64,000 nt of DNA from an uncultured delta proteobacterium (GTDB lineage Bacteria > Desulfobacterota > RBG-13-43-22): assembly GCA_963802945.1 (NCBI GenBank), contig CAWDKY010000016.1, positions 128,001 to 192,000 on the forward strand, given 5' to 3'. Positions 50,801-59,572 of the stretch are shown one piece after another. The notes under the pieces are model-generated. The model did no database searches, was not told the origin of the DNA, and saw only the letters and a list, made by a program, of their open reading frames with translations. Both the position numbers and the translations under genes were made by a program. Each line of letters starts with the position of its first letter. Position 1 is the first letter of the stretch.

Positions 50801-51961
50801 CAAGAGGTTATACAATCACAACGTCCGAAACTTAAGATAGTAGAACAATATGAATCTGCAAGCGGCACAAGGTGGGTAAGGACAGATAAGATTCCGATTT
50901 GTGATACCAATGGCCTTCCGGTCGGTCTAGTAGGGTTTGCCGAGGACATCACCGAGCGCAAGCAGGCCGAGAAAGCGTTATTTCAGGCGGAAGAAAAATA
51001 CCGGGCCATCGTCGAGAATGCCGTAGAAGGCATCTTTCAGTCCACAAGCGATGGGAAATTTATTATGGCCAATAGCGCAGTGGCCAAATTTTTTGGTTAT
51101 GACTCTCCAGAGGAACTGATAGCCGCCATTTCCAACATTGCCGAACAACTTTATGCGCATCCCGAAGAGCGTCAAAGATATCGCCGGGTCCTGGCCGACG
51201 AAGGGGTGGTGAAAGGATTCGAGTCCCAGTTTTATCGGAAAGACGGCACGATCAATTGGGGTTCGATGAATGTGCGTTCCGTTCGAGACAATGAAGGGCG
51301 TATTCTCTATTATGAAGGTACGATTGAAGATATCACCGCCCGCAAAGAAGCGGAAGAAGGCTTGCAGAAAAGTCTGGAAAAGCTGCGTAAGGCCTTGGGA
51401 GGGATTATCCAGGCCATGTCCTTAACTGTCGAAACCAGGGATCCCTATACCGCCGGCCATCAGCGGCGAGTGGCCGACTTGGCCCGGGCCATCGCCCAGG
51501 AGATGGGACTTCCCGAAGATCAGGTGGATGCCCTGCGTATGGCCGGAACTGTCCATGATTTGGGAAAAATTTCCATCCCGGCTGAGATCCTCAGTAAACC
51601 GGTTCAATTGTCCGATATTGAATTCAACCTGATCAAGGGCCATCCGCAGATCAGTTATGACATCCTGAAGGATATCGATTTCGACTGGCCTGTGGCTCAG
51701 ATCGTTCTTCAGCATCATGAAAGGATCAATGGGTCGGGGTATCCCAATGGGCTGTCGGGAAAGGCCATTTATTTGGAGGCCCGCATCCTGGCTGTGGCCG
51801 ATGTCGTTGAAGCCATTTCTTCCCATCGGCCCTACCGGCCGGCTTATGGGATTGACGTGGCCCTGGAGGAGATCGAGAAGAACAAAGATGTCCTTTATGA
51901 TCCTAAAGTGGTGGAGGCCTGTGTGAAGCTGTTCAAGGAAAAGGATTTCAAACTTGAATAA
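47894..51961 (+). CDS. Multi-PAS (9 PAS/PAC) HD-GYP cyclic-dinucleotide phosphodiesterase
   Basis: Nine PAS units ending in D[IT]T[EDA]R. C-terminal RDPYTAGH, HDLGK, HHERINGSGYP, RPYR. Confidence 0.92.
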   Translation: MKAERKTKAQLAKELDKLQRRINKLEAGETKVKNAVSALKESESRFRNIFESSKDGIIFFDGKTRKIILGNKAMTKLLGCSKKELVGRSIKSLHPSKELPGIEKEFQKHVNGNISISPGIPVLRKDGSVFYADISSSPITLDKRTYFSAFFRDTTERKQAEMALMESREQYRSLASAEDSMYLVDKKSRFLFMNDSHLSRLGLSLDKVIGKYYGDFHSLEDTHRFKTSVEKTFRTNRSCQVEHFSERDHKYFLRTFSPVRDAQGSMTAITVISKDITERKRAEDALLESEARYRSLFENSDDAILLTALDGSIFQANASACRMFGRTEAEIILVGRKGLVDETDPRLPAILEERKRTGRVRGELMWKRRDGQLFPGEATSVVFRSKDGLRTCMIIHDITERNQAEEALKAKEEEYRLVVENAAESISITQDGSLKYVNPGGVKILGYPPEMLASKPFIEFIHPDDREMVMDRNIKRMRGEEVPSVYPFRVIRRDGVVRWVEAKAVVVPWKGKPATLNFLYDITERKRAEEALRESEARLRAQYQGSPIPTFTWQKKGETFELVDFNPAAQVTTQGEAKKYLGKTAAEMYQDRQEILQDIYRCFIEKKVIRKELQSQHFLPGRTMITTYAFVPPNLVMVHTEDITDRKRAEEALKENEEKYRNLVERANDGIGIGQDGIMQYANARLAGIVGYSIEEIVGKPFTDFFMPDEVPKVLDYYKRRMDGEDLSTIYETVLRHKDGRKIDIEVNTGIIMYNGKPADLVLSRDITERKRGEEALLESEEKFRNIFDNSSIGKSIISIDGSIEVNQALSEMLGYTKEELSGHKWQEFTHPDDVELIQEHLEQLLSGEKTSVRFIKRYIKKDGSTLWGDVNDVLQKDKDGKPLYYISGILDITERKRLEEILEKERQDLKLILDTTPIIVFYKDKEGRFLRVNKTFAEALNMPESNFAGKTVFDLYSPKIAQGMTDDDQEVIQSQRPKLKIVEQYESASGTRWVRTDKIPICDTNGLPVGLVGFAEDITERKQAEKALFQAEEKYRAIVENAVEGIFQSTSDGKFIMANSAVAKFFGYDSPEELIAAISNIAEQLYAHPEERQRYRRVLADEGVVKGFESQFYRKDGTINWGSMNVRSVRDNEGRILYYEGTIEDITARKEAEEGLQKSLEKLRKALGGIIQAMSLTVETRDPYTAGHQRRVADLARAIAQEMGLPEDQVDALRMAGTVHDLGKISIPAEILSKPVQLSDIEFNLIKGHPQISYDILKDIDFDWPVAQIVLQHHERINGSGYPNGLSGKAIYLEARILAVADVVEAISSHRPYRPAYGIDVALEEIEKNKDVLYDPKVVEACVKLFKEKDFKLE

Positions 51962-52397
51962 AGGCACCCTGGTCCGTCCCCCAAAACCCTACCGATTGAT
52001 TACCCACACCGCTGATCTGGGAATGTTGGTCAGAGGTGTGGACCTGCCCGATCTTTTCGTCCAGGCCGGCTGGGCTTTTTTTGATATCATGATGGAAGCC
52101 CGTCGAATTGACTTAAAGCAGGAAAGAATGATTAAAGTTACGGCCATTGACCAGGAAGCCCTTTTAGTTGCCTGGCTGGGAGAACTCTTATACCTGTTTG
52201 AGACCCAACACCTGGTTTTTGGCAAATTCTTGATTCATTCGATGACCCCGCAGTCTCTACAGACCTTGGGATGGGGGGAATTGTTTGACCTGAAAAAACA
52301 TCATTTGAAGTCGACCATCAAAGCCGTGACCTATCATCAGCTTCGTATCTGGGAAGAAAAGGGGGTTTGGCGGGCCAGGGTTATTTTTGATCTATGA
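51954..52397 (+). CDS. Archease
   Basis: HTADLG...IKAVTYH...VIFDL signature, upstream of rtcB. Confidence 0.92.
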   Translation: MNKGTLVRPPKPYRLITHTADLGMLVRGVDLPDLFVQAGWAFFDIMMEARRIDLKQERMIKVTAIDQEALLVAWLGELLYLFETQHLVFGKFLIHSMTPQSLQTLGWGELFDLKKHHLKSTIKAVTYHQLRIWEEKGVWRARVIFDL

Positions 52398-52411
52398 GGG
52401 AAATCGGAAAA

Positions 52412-52496
52412 TCCAGAATACAGAAGCCAGAAGTCAGAAGAAAAAACCTAAACAAAGAATCCGAAAAAAAATCTTTAATTCTGGATTCTGACTTCT
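52412..52496. repeat. Heptamer tandem repeats (NNCAGAA x4) and their reverse complement
   Basis: tccagaa tacagaa gccagaa gtcagaa ... ttctgga ttctgac ttct. Confidence 0.7.
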
Positions 52497-52660
52497 AGTG
52501 TACTGTAACAGTATTCGCTTTACAAGGTTGTCATTCCGGACTTGATCCGGAATCCAGCATTTTCAACCTGGATTCCTGCTGGAGTCTATCCCGCACTTGA
52601 TGCGGGGCAGGAATGACGGATCAGGACTATTGTAAATCTGTTATTAAGACCCTACAATAG
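52495..52660. mobile_element. MITE-like element carrying a REP/dRS3-like palindrome
   Basis: ctagtg...tttaca left end and tgtaaatctgttattaagac..caatag right end are shared with 59284-59533. Internal gtcattccgg...ggaatccag...ctggattcc...ggaatgac. Confidence 0.7.
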
Positions 52661-52683
52661 CTTCGCTTTTTTGGGGATATTTT

Positions 52684-54132
52684 TTGAGCGAAAAAATAAA
52701 AATCCAAAAATTGGACGATTATCGGTTCCAGATCCCCCGGGAGGGAAAGATGCGGACCGATGGTCTGGTCTTTGTCTCCGAGGCCATGCTTTCTGGTTTA
52801 CAGCAGGATCAAAGCCTCCAGCAGGTAGCCAATGTTGCCTGGCTGCCGGGGATCGTCGGTCCTTCGTTGGCCATGCCGGATATCCATTGGGGCTACGGCT
52901 TCCCCATCGGCGGGGTGGCTGCCTTTGATTCTGAACAAGGGATCGTCTCGCCGGGCGGGGTCGGATACGACATCAACTGTGGGGTGCGTTTACTGCGCTC
53001 CGGGTTGAGCCGCAAAGACTTAGAAGGCCGGATCAAGGAAATCGTCGTCGCCCTGTTTCGAAATATCCCTTCCGGAGTCGGCTCTCACCGTAAAGACTTT
53101 AAACTTTCCATCAATGATCAGGAAAAGGTTTTAAACTTTGGGGCCCGGTGGGCCGTCCAACAGGGTTTCGGCAGCCTGAAAGATCTGGAGCATATTGAAG
53201 AAGGCGGCTGTATCGAAGGGGCCAGGCCGGATCTGGTTTCTGCCAGGGCCTTGGAGCGGGGCAAAGACCAATTAGGCACCCTCGGTTCGGGAAACCACTT
53301 TGTCGAAGTGGGATATGTGGAATCCATTTACGATCCTGAAGCGGCCCGAGGCTTGGGCCTCTTTGATCAACAGGTGACGGTTATGGTCCATACCGGGTCC
53401 CGTGGTCTGGGACACCAGGTCTGTGATGACGCCATTAAAACACTTATCCAGGCCACGGCCAAATACGGCATTGAATTGCCGGACCGGCAATTGTGCTGCG
53501 CCCCTATCCATTCCCCCGAAGGCCGGGACTATTTGGCTGCCATGGCTGCAGCCGCCAACTTCGCCTTTGCCAACCGTCAGATTATTACCCATTGGGTGCA
53601 AGAGACATTGGAGCGGGTCTTGGGTATCGGTCCGAAGGACCTTCAATTGGAACTGATCTATGACCTGTGCCATAATATCGCCAAATTTGAGGATCACCTG
53701 GTGGATGGCCGAATGAAACGATTGTGTGTTCATCGAAAAGGGGCAACCCGGGCCTTCCCGCCCGGCCATCCTCAGATCCCTTCGGATTTCCAAGAGCTGG
53801 GTCAACCGGTCTTGATCCCCGGAGACATGGGCCGTTATTCTTATGTCCTGTTAGGGACCGATCAGGCCATGACCGAGACCTTCGGCAGCGCCTGCCACGG
53901 GGCCGGACGGGTCATGAGCCGTCAGGCCGCCAAAAAAGTGGCCAGAGGCCGGGCCGTGGTTCGGGAAATGGAAGATCAAGGGATCATTGTTCAAGGTGCC
54001 GGCCTGGGAACGATCGTCGAAGAAATCTCAGAGGCCTACAAAGATGTGGCCCAGGTGGTCGAAGTGGTGCACCAAGCCGGCATTGCCAAAAAAGTAGCCC
54101 GGCTGAGACCTATGGGTGTTATTAAAGGATGA
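52684..54132 (+). CDS. rtcB: RNA-splicing/repair ligase RtcB (long, archease-associated type)
   Basis: MPDIHWGYGFPIGG, GYDINCG, GTLGSGNHF, HTGSRG, HRKGAT, HGAGR, EAYK. Confidence 0.96.
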   Translation: MSEKIKIQKLDDYRFQIPREGKMRTDGLVFVSEAMLSGLQQDQSLQQVANVAWLPGIVGPSLAMPDIHWGYGFPIGGVAAFDSEQGIVSPGGVGYDINCGVRLLRSGLSRKDLEGRIKEIVVALFRNIPSGVGSHRKDFKLSINDQEKVLNFGARWAVQQGFGSLKDLEHIEEGGCIEGARPDLVSARALERGKDQLGTLGSGNHFVEVGYVESIYDPEAARGLGLFDQQVTVMVHTGSRGLGHQVCDDAIKTLIQATAKYGIELPDRQLCCAPIHSPEGRDYLAAMAAAANFAFANRQIITHWVQETLERVLGIGPKDLQLELIYDLCHNIAKFEDHLVDGRMKRLCVHRKGATRAFPPGHPQIPSDFQELGQPVLIPGDMGRYSYVLLGTDQAMTETFGSACHGAGRVMSRQAAKKVARGRAVVREMEDQGIIVQGAGLGTIVEEISEAYKDVAQVVEVVHQAGIAKKVARLRPMGVIKG

Positions 54133-54204
54133 CGGCTTTGAAAAATGTCCCATTTAACCGGTTTCTTTAGGTAATTTTTTTTGACTGTCTGAATTTGTTT
54201 TTTT

Positions 54205-56040
54205 TTATCGAATAAATTGGTGGGCGACTTTGCGCAAATCCGGACTTTCCAGGACGTGAAAGAAACGGATTTGGGTCAGCAGGACCGGTGAGAATTGTCC
54301 CAAGGGAAGATAGATGATTTTCCGGCCCTGGTTGTGGGCGAAGGTATGACAAAAGGATCGGGGAGGACGGGCGGCAATATAGGCCACCAGCCGTTCTTCA
54401 CTGTAATCAATGCCGGCCAAAAGCAGCCTCTCGGCCTTGGTTTGGGCCGTATTAAAAAAACGGTCTTTCCAGATGTCATACATACGATAAGGGGGATAAC
54501 TTAAAACAAACCCGCCGTATTCACAGCGGGAGATGCCCGGACCGATGACCTCTTCTCCGGCCGGGGTGGCATAGAAGGCCATATCCGATTCCTGATCGTG
54601 TTCCCCCAGCCAAGTCAATTTCCAGGGATATTGTTCTGGTTTTTCCGGAGCAGGTTCATCTTCATGGAAAATAAAAATCACCGAACCAACCCGGCCGCGC
54701 ACCTGGATCTCTTCCCGGACATAAATCTTTTTTTCGATAACCTGCCGCATCGTTTCCCGGATATCCAGGCCGTCCAGCAGAGACGAAGTAAAGGGGATCA
54801 CCCTGACCTGCTCCTGGGATAAAACCCCCCGGACTTTTTTCTTGACATAATCCCCAAGGCCTTCCACCCGGATATCCTCCGGGGGATAAGAACAGATGTA
54901 TTGGCCTTCCCACTGTTTTTTGTATTTCTCTTTTTCCGTCGTAGAAGGCCGTTTTTTTAAAGGCACAGGCACCAGACGGCGGCGGAAGGTCCGAAAATGT
55001 CGATAAAAACGGATCCGTTTTTGGTTGAGTCGCAGATCTTCGGCCGTTACCTCGATTTCCGGTAATTGGGGTGAGGCCTCCTGAAAAGGATAATGAGAGC
55101 CGATATCCCAAACCTCATAGGCAAAGTTGTCATTGACCATTCCCCGTGAGGCTATCAAAAGTTGGTAAAAATCCGGGAATAAGGCCCCTTGAAGCAAGGC
55201 CAGGTTGCGGGCGAATTTTTTTATCAGGTTCAAGGAATAGACCTCAACTTTTTCCCGGCTGTTTTTCAGATGCGCTTCCCTGGCTCGGTTCAGCAGGTCT
55301 TCCTGAACGGCCAGGCGATTCAGCTCCAAAAAGCCGGAAGCATCAGAAGCAGATCCGGCCCTTTCTTCTTCATATCTTTTCTGCAGAAAGGGCATTTCGG
55401 AGAGGACCTCCCGGCTGGAGGATTCCTTTAGGAAACCTACTAGGACCCCGGATCTTTTCTCCCGTCCCAAAGGCAAGCCCGGATTTTTTTCAAGCTGTTG
55501 AACAATACCTGGCCAGTGGGCCAACCCGCAGACCAGCAGGACCCGCTGGTATCGTTGGTTGAGCTTAAGGGCATGAAAAGCCATGGTTCGTTCCCTCAAG
55601 GCGTCATCCGGGGAAGGGGCCTCCTGTCCCCGTTCTTTCAGATAGGCCAGGCAATAAGGCTGATAGCCGATCCGGGTGACAGCATAGGGATCGGGCATGG
55701 AATCCATCCTTTGAGGATAGCCCTCGGTGTCCCGGTCGACAAAAAAGACCTCAAGATTTTTTTCCAGGCCCAGACGTACGGCCTCAATGATCCCATCCAC
55801 CGGTTCGATGGGCAAATAAACATGGCGACCTGATTTTTCCTGATAGAGGATCACGGAGAGATTGGGAAGTCTTTTGACCGCGGTCAAGACCGGATCCCGT
55901 AGTGTCGGGGGAAGTTCTATGGCCAGGGCTTGAGGCTGGAATTCAATCCATTGTCTGTGGACCTCCAGGGCAAACTCCAGACGGTTGTGGAGAATGGGCA
56001 GAAATTTTATATTTTGATATTGGAAAGGGTTGTCTTTCAT
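54205..56040 (-). CDS. Hypothetical protein; N-terminus resembles the TraB/GumN-like fold
   Basis: 611-aa ORF. PILH...LAIELP, FFVD, RE.TMA, LVCGLAHW pattern. Confidence 0.6.
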   Translation of the reverse strand: MKDNPFQYQNIKFLPILHNRLEFALEVHRQWIEFQPQALAIELPPTLRDPVLTAVKRLPNLSVILYQEKSGRHVYLPIEPVDGIIEAVRLGLEKNLEVFFVDRDTEGYPQRMDSMPDPYAVTRIGYQPYCLAYLKERGQEAPSPDDALRERTMAFHALKLNQRYQRVLLVCGLAHWPGIVQQLEKNPGLPLGREKRSGVLVGFLKESSSREVLSEMPFLQKRYEEERAGSASDASGFLELNRLAVQEDLLNRAREAHLKNSREKVEVYSLNLIKKFARNLALLQGALFPDFYQLLIASRGMVNDNFAYEVWDIGSHYPFQEASPQLPEIEVTAEDLRLNQKRIRFYRHFRTFRRRLVPVPLKKRPSTTEKEKYKKQWEGQYICSYPPEDIRVEGLGDYVKKKVRGVLSQEQVRVIPFTSSLLDGLDIRETMRQVIEKKIYVREEIQVRGRVGSVIFIFHEDEPAPEKPEQYPWKLTWLGEHDQESDMAFYATPAGEEVIGPGISRCEYGGFVLSYPPYRMYDIWKDRFFNTAQTKAERLLLAGIDYSEERLVAYIAARPPRSFCHTFAHNQGRKIIYLPLGQFSPVLLTQIRFFHVLESPDLRKVAHQFIR

Positions 56041-56102
56041 GATAAGATCGTATCATGATATGAAATGATAATCTCCCAAAAAATAAAGGAGAGGACAGTG
56101 CT

Positions 56103-56765
56103 ATGACTATCTTCGAAGATGAATTAAGCGATCTCAAGGTACAGATCCTGAAGATGGGATCTCTGGTGGAAGAGGCCATCGTCCGGTCCATTAAATCTCT
56201 GGTGGAACGAAACAGCGCCTTGGCCCATCAGGTGATTGAAGATGATGTTCGCATCAACTCCTATGATGTGAAAATTGACGAGGAATGCATCCGGCTCATT
56301 GCCCTCCGCCAGCCCACGGCCGGCGACTTGCGATTTGTAACCACGGCCATGAAGATCACCACGGATCTGGAACGGATGGGGGATTATGCTGTTGATATCT
56401 GCGAAAGGGCCTTGGAACTTAATGAGGAACCTCAGCTTAAACCCTATATTGATATCCCTCGGATGGCCGAGATTGCCGAGGGGATGGTCCACGATGCCCT
56501 TCAGGCCTTCCTGGGAAAAAACACCGCCCTGGCCTATGAAGTGGTCAACAGGGATGATGAGGTGGATCAACTTACCGTGCAGATCTTTAATGAACTTTTA
56601 CTTTTTATGATTAAAGACAGCTCGACCATAACCCGGGCCATCAAGATCTCATACATTTCAAAATACCTGGAGCGGATTGCCGACCACGCCACCAATGTTG
56701 CCGAGATGGTGGTCTATATGATCGAAGGTAAGATGATCCGGCATATCAAGGACCTGGAAGAGTAA
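56103..56765 (+). CDS. phoU: Phosphate signalling protein PhoU
   Basis: QPTAGDLR, DLERMGD, DDEVD, LERIADHATN. RBS GGAG. Confidence 0.95.
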   Translation: MTIFEDELSDLKVQILKMGSLVEEAIVRSIKSLVERNSALAHQVIEDDVRINSYDVKIDEECIRLIALRQPTAGDLRFVTTAMKITTDLERMGDYAVDICERALELNEEPQLKPYIDIPRMAEIAEGMVHDALQAFLGKNTALAYEVVNRDDEVDQLTVQIFNELLLFMIKDSSTITRAIKISYISKYLERIADHATNVAEMVVYMIEGKMIRHIKDLEE

Positions 56766-56814
56766 TCATAACATCCCACCCCAGTAAAAATCCATTTAAG
56801 GGAAACATATCACC

Positions 56815-57381
56815 ATGAGCACCTTAAAGGAACTAATCCCGGAAAACCCGGTCCATGAACGAAAGCTCGATATCTATACCTATCCTTTGGAAAACGGGCA
56901 GGTTGTCGTTGAAGGCTGGCTTCGGGACGAACGGCTGATTACCGGATATAACCGCGACGGCCGCTCCCGCCCGCCGGGCGTGGTTCATTGGATTGGCGTT
57001 CGTTTGCTCCTGGGAGGCCGGCCCATCACCATTCTTGAAGCCGAGGCGGAAATGCCCATTGTCCCTCACAAGCTATGCCCAACCGTAGCCGAGACTGTTA
57101 AGAAAATTGTCGGCCTGCCTATTGTTGCTGGGTTCAGCGATCAGGTACGCAAAAGATTGTACGGGGTGGAGGGATGCAGTCATCTGATGCACCTTATCCT
57201 GGCCATGGGTCCGGCAGGTCTGCACGGATACTGGGCCAGTCAGAACCGCAAGCCCCGTTCTGCCCCGCATTCTTTCGAAGATACTCCCGATCTGGAATAC
57301 CTGATCAACAGTTGCCAACTATGGAGAGAAGACGGACCGTTGATCCGGCAGATCCGGGAAACCTTAAAAAAAACCGAATAG
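56815..57381 (+). CDS. DUF2889 domain protein
   Basis: HER, L.D, PHKLC, GVEGCSHL, LINSC..W pattern. Confidence 0.75.
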   Translation: MSTLKELIPENPVHERKLDIYTYPLENGQVVVEGWLRDERLITGYNRDGRSRPPGVVHWIGVRLLLGGRPITILEAEAEMPIVPHKLCPTVAETVKKIVGLPIVAGFSDQVRKRLYGVEGCSHLMHLILAMGPAGLHGYWASQNRKPRSAPHSFEDTPDLEYLINSCQLWREDGPLIRQIRETLKKTE

Positions 57382-57464
57382 CTTGACATTCCGCCCATAA
57401 ATGATTATTGAATAACCAACCTTAAAAGGATAAGGGTGATTTATTTTCTTAATCCAGCCATTTT

Positions 57465-58409
57465 ATGATTGAAGTTGAACAATTAACCAAATATTACGGT
57501 TTGCTGCCGGCCATTTCCGATCTTTCTTTTTCCGTTGGACAAGGGGAGGTGGTCGGCTTTTTAGGGCCCAATGGGGCAGGGAAAACCACCACCCTTAAAA
57601 TACTGACCTGTTTTCTCCCTCCTACATCCGGTAAAGTCCGAGTCAATGGCCTGGATGTCTCTCAGGATTCTTTAAAGATCCGGGAGCAATTGGGCTACTT
57701 GCCGGAAAATGTTCCCTTATACAACGAAATGACCGTCGAACGGTTTCTGGCATTTGCCGCCCAGGCCAAGGGAATTAGGGCCAAGGCCATCAAGTCGAGC
57801 CTGGATAAGGTCTTAGAGGACTGTGGCTTGCAGAAGGTCCGGGGCCGCATTATCGGGCATCTTTCTAAGGGATTTAAACAGCGAGTCGGACTGGCCCAGG
57901 CCCTTTTGAATAATCCTCCGGTCCTTATCCTGGATGAACCGACCATAGGACTGGACCCGGCCCAGGTGGTGGAGATAAGAGAATTGATCCGGTCGTTGGG
58001 CCGGGAACGAACCATTATTTTAAGCACGCATATCCTGCCCGAGGTCAGTCAAATCTGTCAGAAGGTGATCATCATCAATCGGGGCCGGATTGTGGCCATC
58101 GATACGGTTTCCAATCTGACAGCCCAGGTACAGACCTCACGCAAAATCCATTTAAACATTCAGGGTCCTGAGGAAGAGGTTTTACAAGCTCTGGGGTCCC
58201 AAAAAGGGGTCTTGAAGGCTGATAAAGAATCCGATGACGGTTCTGGAAGGTATGTGGTGGAGATGGAGAAGGATCAAGACATAAGGGCCGACCTGGCACG
58301 ATCAGTCGTTGAAAGGGGATGGGGATTGTTGGAGATGCACAGCCAGGAACTCAGTCTGGAAGAGGTCTTTGTCCAGTTGGTTACCGAAGAACCGGGAGGC
58401 CAGGCATGA
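57465..58409 (+). CDS. ABC transporter ATP-binding protein (GldA-like)
   Basis: GPNGAGKTT, LSKGFKQR, LDEPT, STH. Confidence 0.93.
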   Translation: MIEVEQLTKYYGLLPAISDLSFSVGQGEVVGFLGPNGAGKTTTLKILTCFLPPTSGKVRVNGLDVSQDSLKIREQLGYLPENVPLYNEMTVERFLAFAAQAKGIRAKAIKSSLDKVLEDCGLQKVRGRIIGHLSKGFKQRVGLAQALLNNPPVLILDEPTIGLDPAQVVEIRELIRSLGRERTIILSTHILPEVSQICQKVIIINRGRIVAIDTVSNLTAQVQTSRKIHLNIQGPEEEVLQALGSQKGVLKADKESDDGSGRYVVEMEKDQDIRADLARSVVERGWGLLEMHSQELSLEEVFVQLVTEEPGGQA

Positions 58410-59176
58410 AGGGATTTACAGCGATCTTCAAGCGGGAACTGTATGCCTTTTTCGCTTCCCCTATTTTTTATGTGATAGGGACTATCTTTCTGGCCCTGAG
58501 CGGCTATTTTTTTTATACCTCCGTGGCCTACTACAGTCTGATCAGTTTCCAGGCTGTCCAGAATCCCTATATGGGTGGGCAGGTCAATTTGAATGAGATG
58601 GTTGTCAAACCTCTATTTGACGATATGAGTATCATCCTGCTGTTGATTGTCCCTTTGCTGACCATGCGTCTTTTGGCCGAAGAAAAGAAAAACGGGACCA
58701 TTGAGCTCCTTCTGACCTATCCCGTACGGGAATTGGCCGTGGTGCTGGGAAAATATTTGGCTACGTTGTTGGTCATCGTCATCTTACTGGCCTTGACCGC
58801 CATCAATATTTTGATGATATCCCGGTTTGGGATTCTAGAGTGGGGGCCTGTTTTAACCGGCTATGGCGGGCTGATTTTACTGGCCGCCGCATTTGTTTCT
58901 CTGGGCCTGTTTGCCTCGGCCTTGACCCAGAACCAGATTATCGCTGCGGTCCTGGGATTCGGGGCTTTGCTTATGTTCTGGATCATCGGTTGGAGTGGTT
59001 CGGTCTCCGGTCCGGGAATTGGCAAGGTGGTCAATTACCTGTCCCTATTGGAGCACCAAGATCCGTTTACCAAAGGCATTTTGGATACTCGGGATATTAT
59101 CTATTACCTGACTTTTTTGGTATTTTTTATTTTTTTGACCTTGCGCTATCTGGATTCGCAGAAGATCAGGGGATGA
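58406..59176 (+). CDS. ABC-2 permease (GldF-like)
   Basis: RELYAFFASP, TMRLLAEEK.NGTIELLLT, NQIIAA. ATGA overlap with the ATPase gene. Confidence 0.9.
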   Translation: MKGFTAIFKRELYAFFASPIFYVIGTIFLALSGYFFYTSVAYYSLISFQAVQNPYMGGQVNLNEMVVKPLFDDMSIILLLIVPLLTMRLLAEEKKNGTIELLLTYPVRELAVVLGKYLATLLVIVILLALTAINILMISRFGILEWGPVLTGYGGLILLAAAFVSLGLFASALTQNQIIAAVLGFGALLMFWIIGWSGSVSGPGIGKVVNYLSLLEHQDPFTKGILDTRDIIYYLTFLVFFIFLTLRYLDSQKIRG

Positions 59177-59283
59177 GAACATTGCGGATTTCAGAATTTG
59201 GATTGCGGAATTTGGAATACTGAATAGAAGGGGAAAATTTTTTTGATCTGGTTTTCACTTGAATCCTTGAACCCTATTTCGTA

Positions 59284-59533
59284 CTAGTGAAGTGTAAGAG
59301 CAATCACTTTACATTCTTGTCATTCCGGACTAGGAGACTGTGTCGCAATTATATTTTTGTCATTCCGTGCAAGCGAAGCGCGACACGGAATCCAGTATTT
59401 CCATTAAGTTCTGGATGCCGGCTTTCGCCGGCATGACGGCTTTGATGGCGCTGTCCGCTATTACGACACAGTCTCTCCGCGGGAATGACGGCATGAGGAA
59501 TATTGTAAACCTGTTATTGAGACACCTCACAAG
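59284..59533. mobile_element. Nested MITE: outer element like 52495-52660, interrupted by an inner MITE (59334-59475) that contains a REP-like palindrome (59359-59437)
   Basis: Inner IRs gagactgtgtcgcaat / attacgacacagtctc match 15/16. The outer REP halves gtcattccggac and gcgggaatgac flank it. Confidence 0.75.
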
Positions 59534-59572
59534 AAGAGTTTAAATTAAAAGAAATAATTTTCAGAAGAAACT

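Noticed and set aside
48716-51345. Regularly recurring DNA repeat of about 30 bp as a possible CRISPR or DGR signal
   Set aside because: It encodes the DITERK PAS linker, spacing is about 370 bp, and no cas or reverse transcriptase gene is present
52398-52683. tRNA-like or Y-RNA substrate next to rtcB
   Set aside because: No cloverleaf or T-loop seen; the structure is explained by repeat families found elsewhere in the window
59340-59543. Small ORFs at 59340-59543 and 47522-47725
   Set aside because: They are translations of MITE/REP DNA
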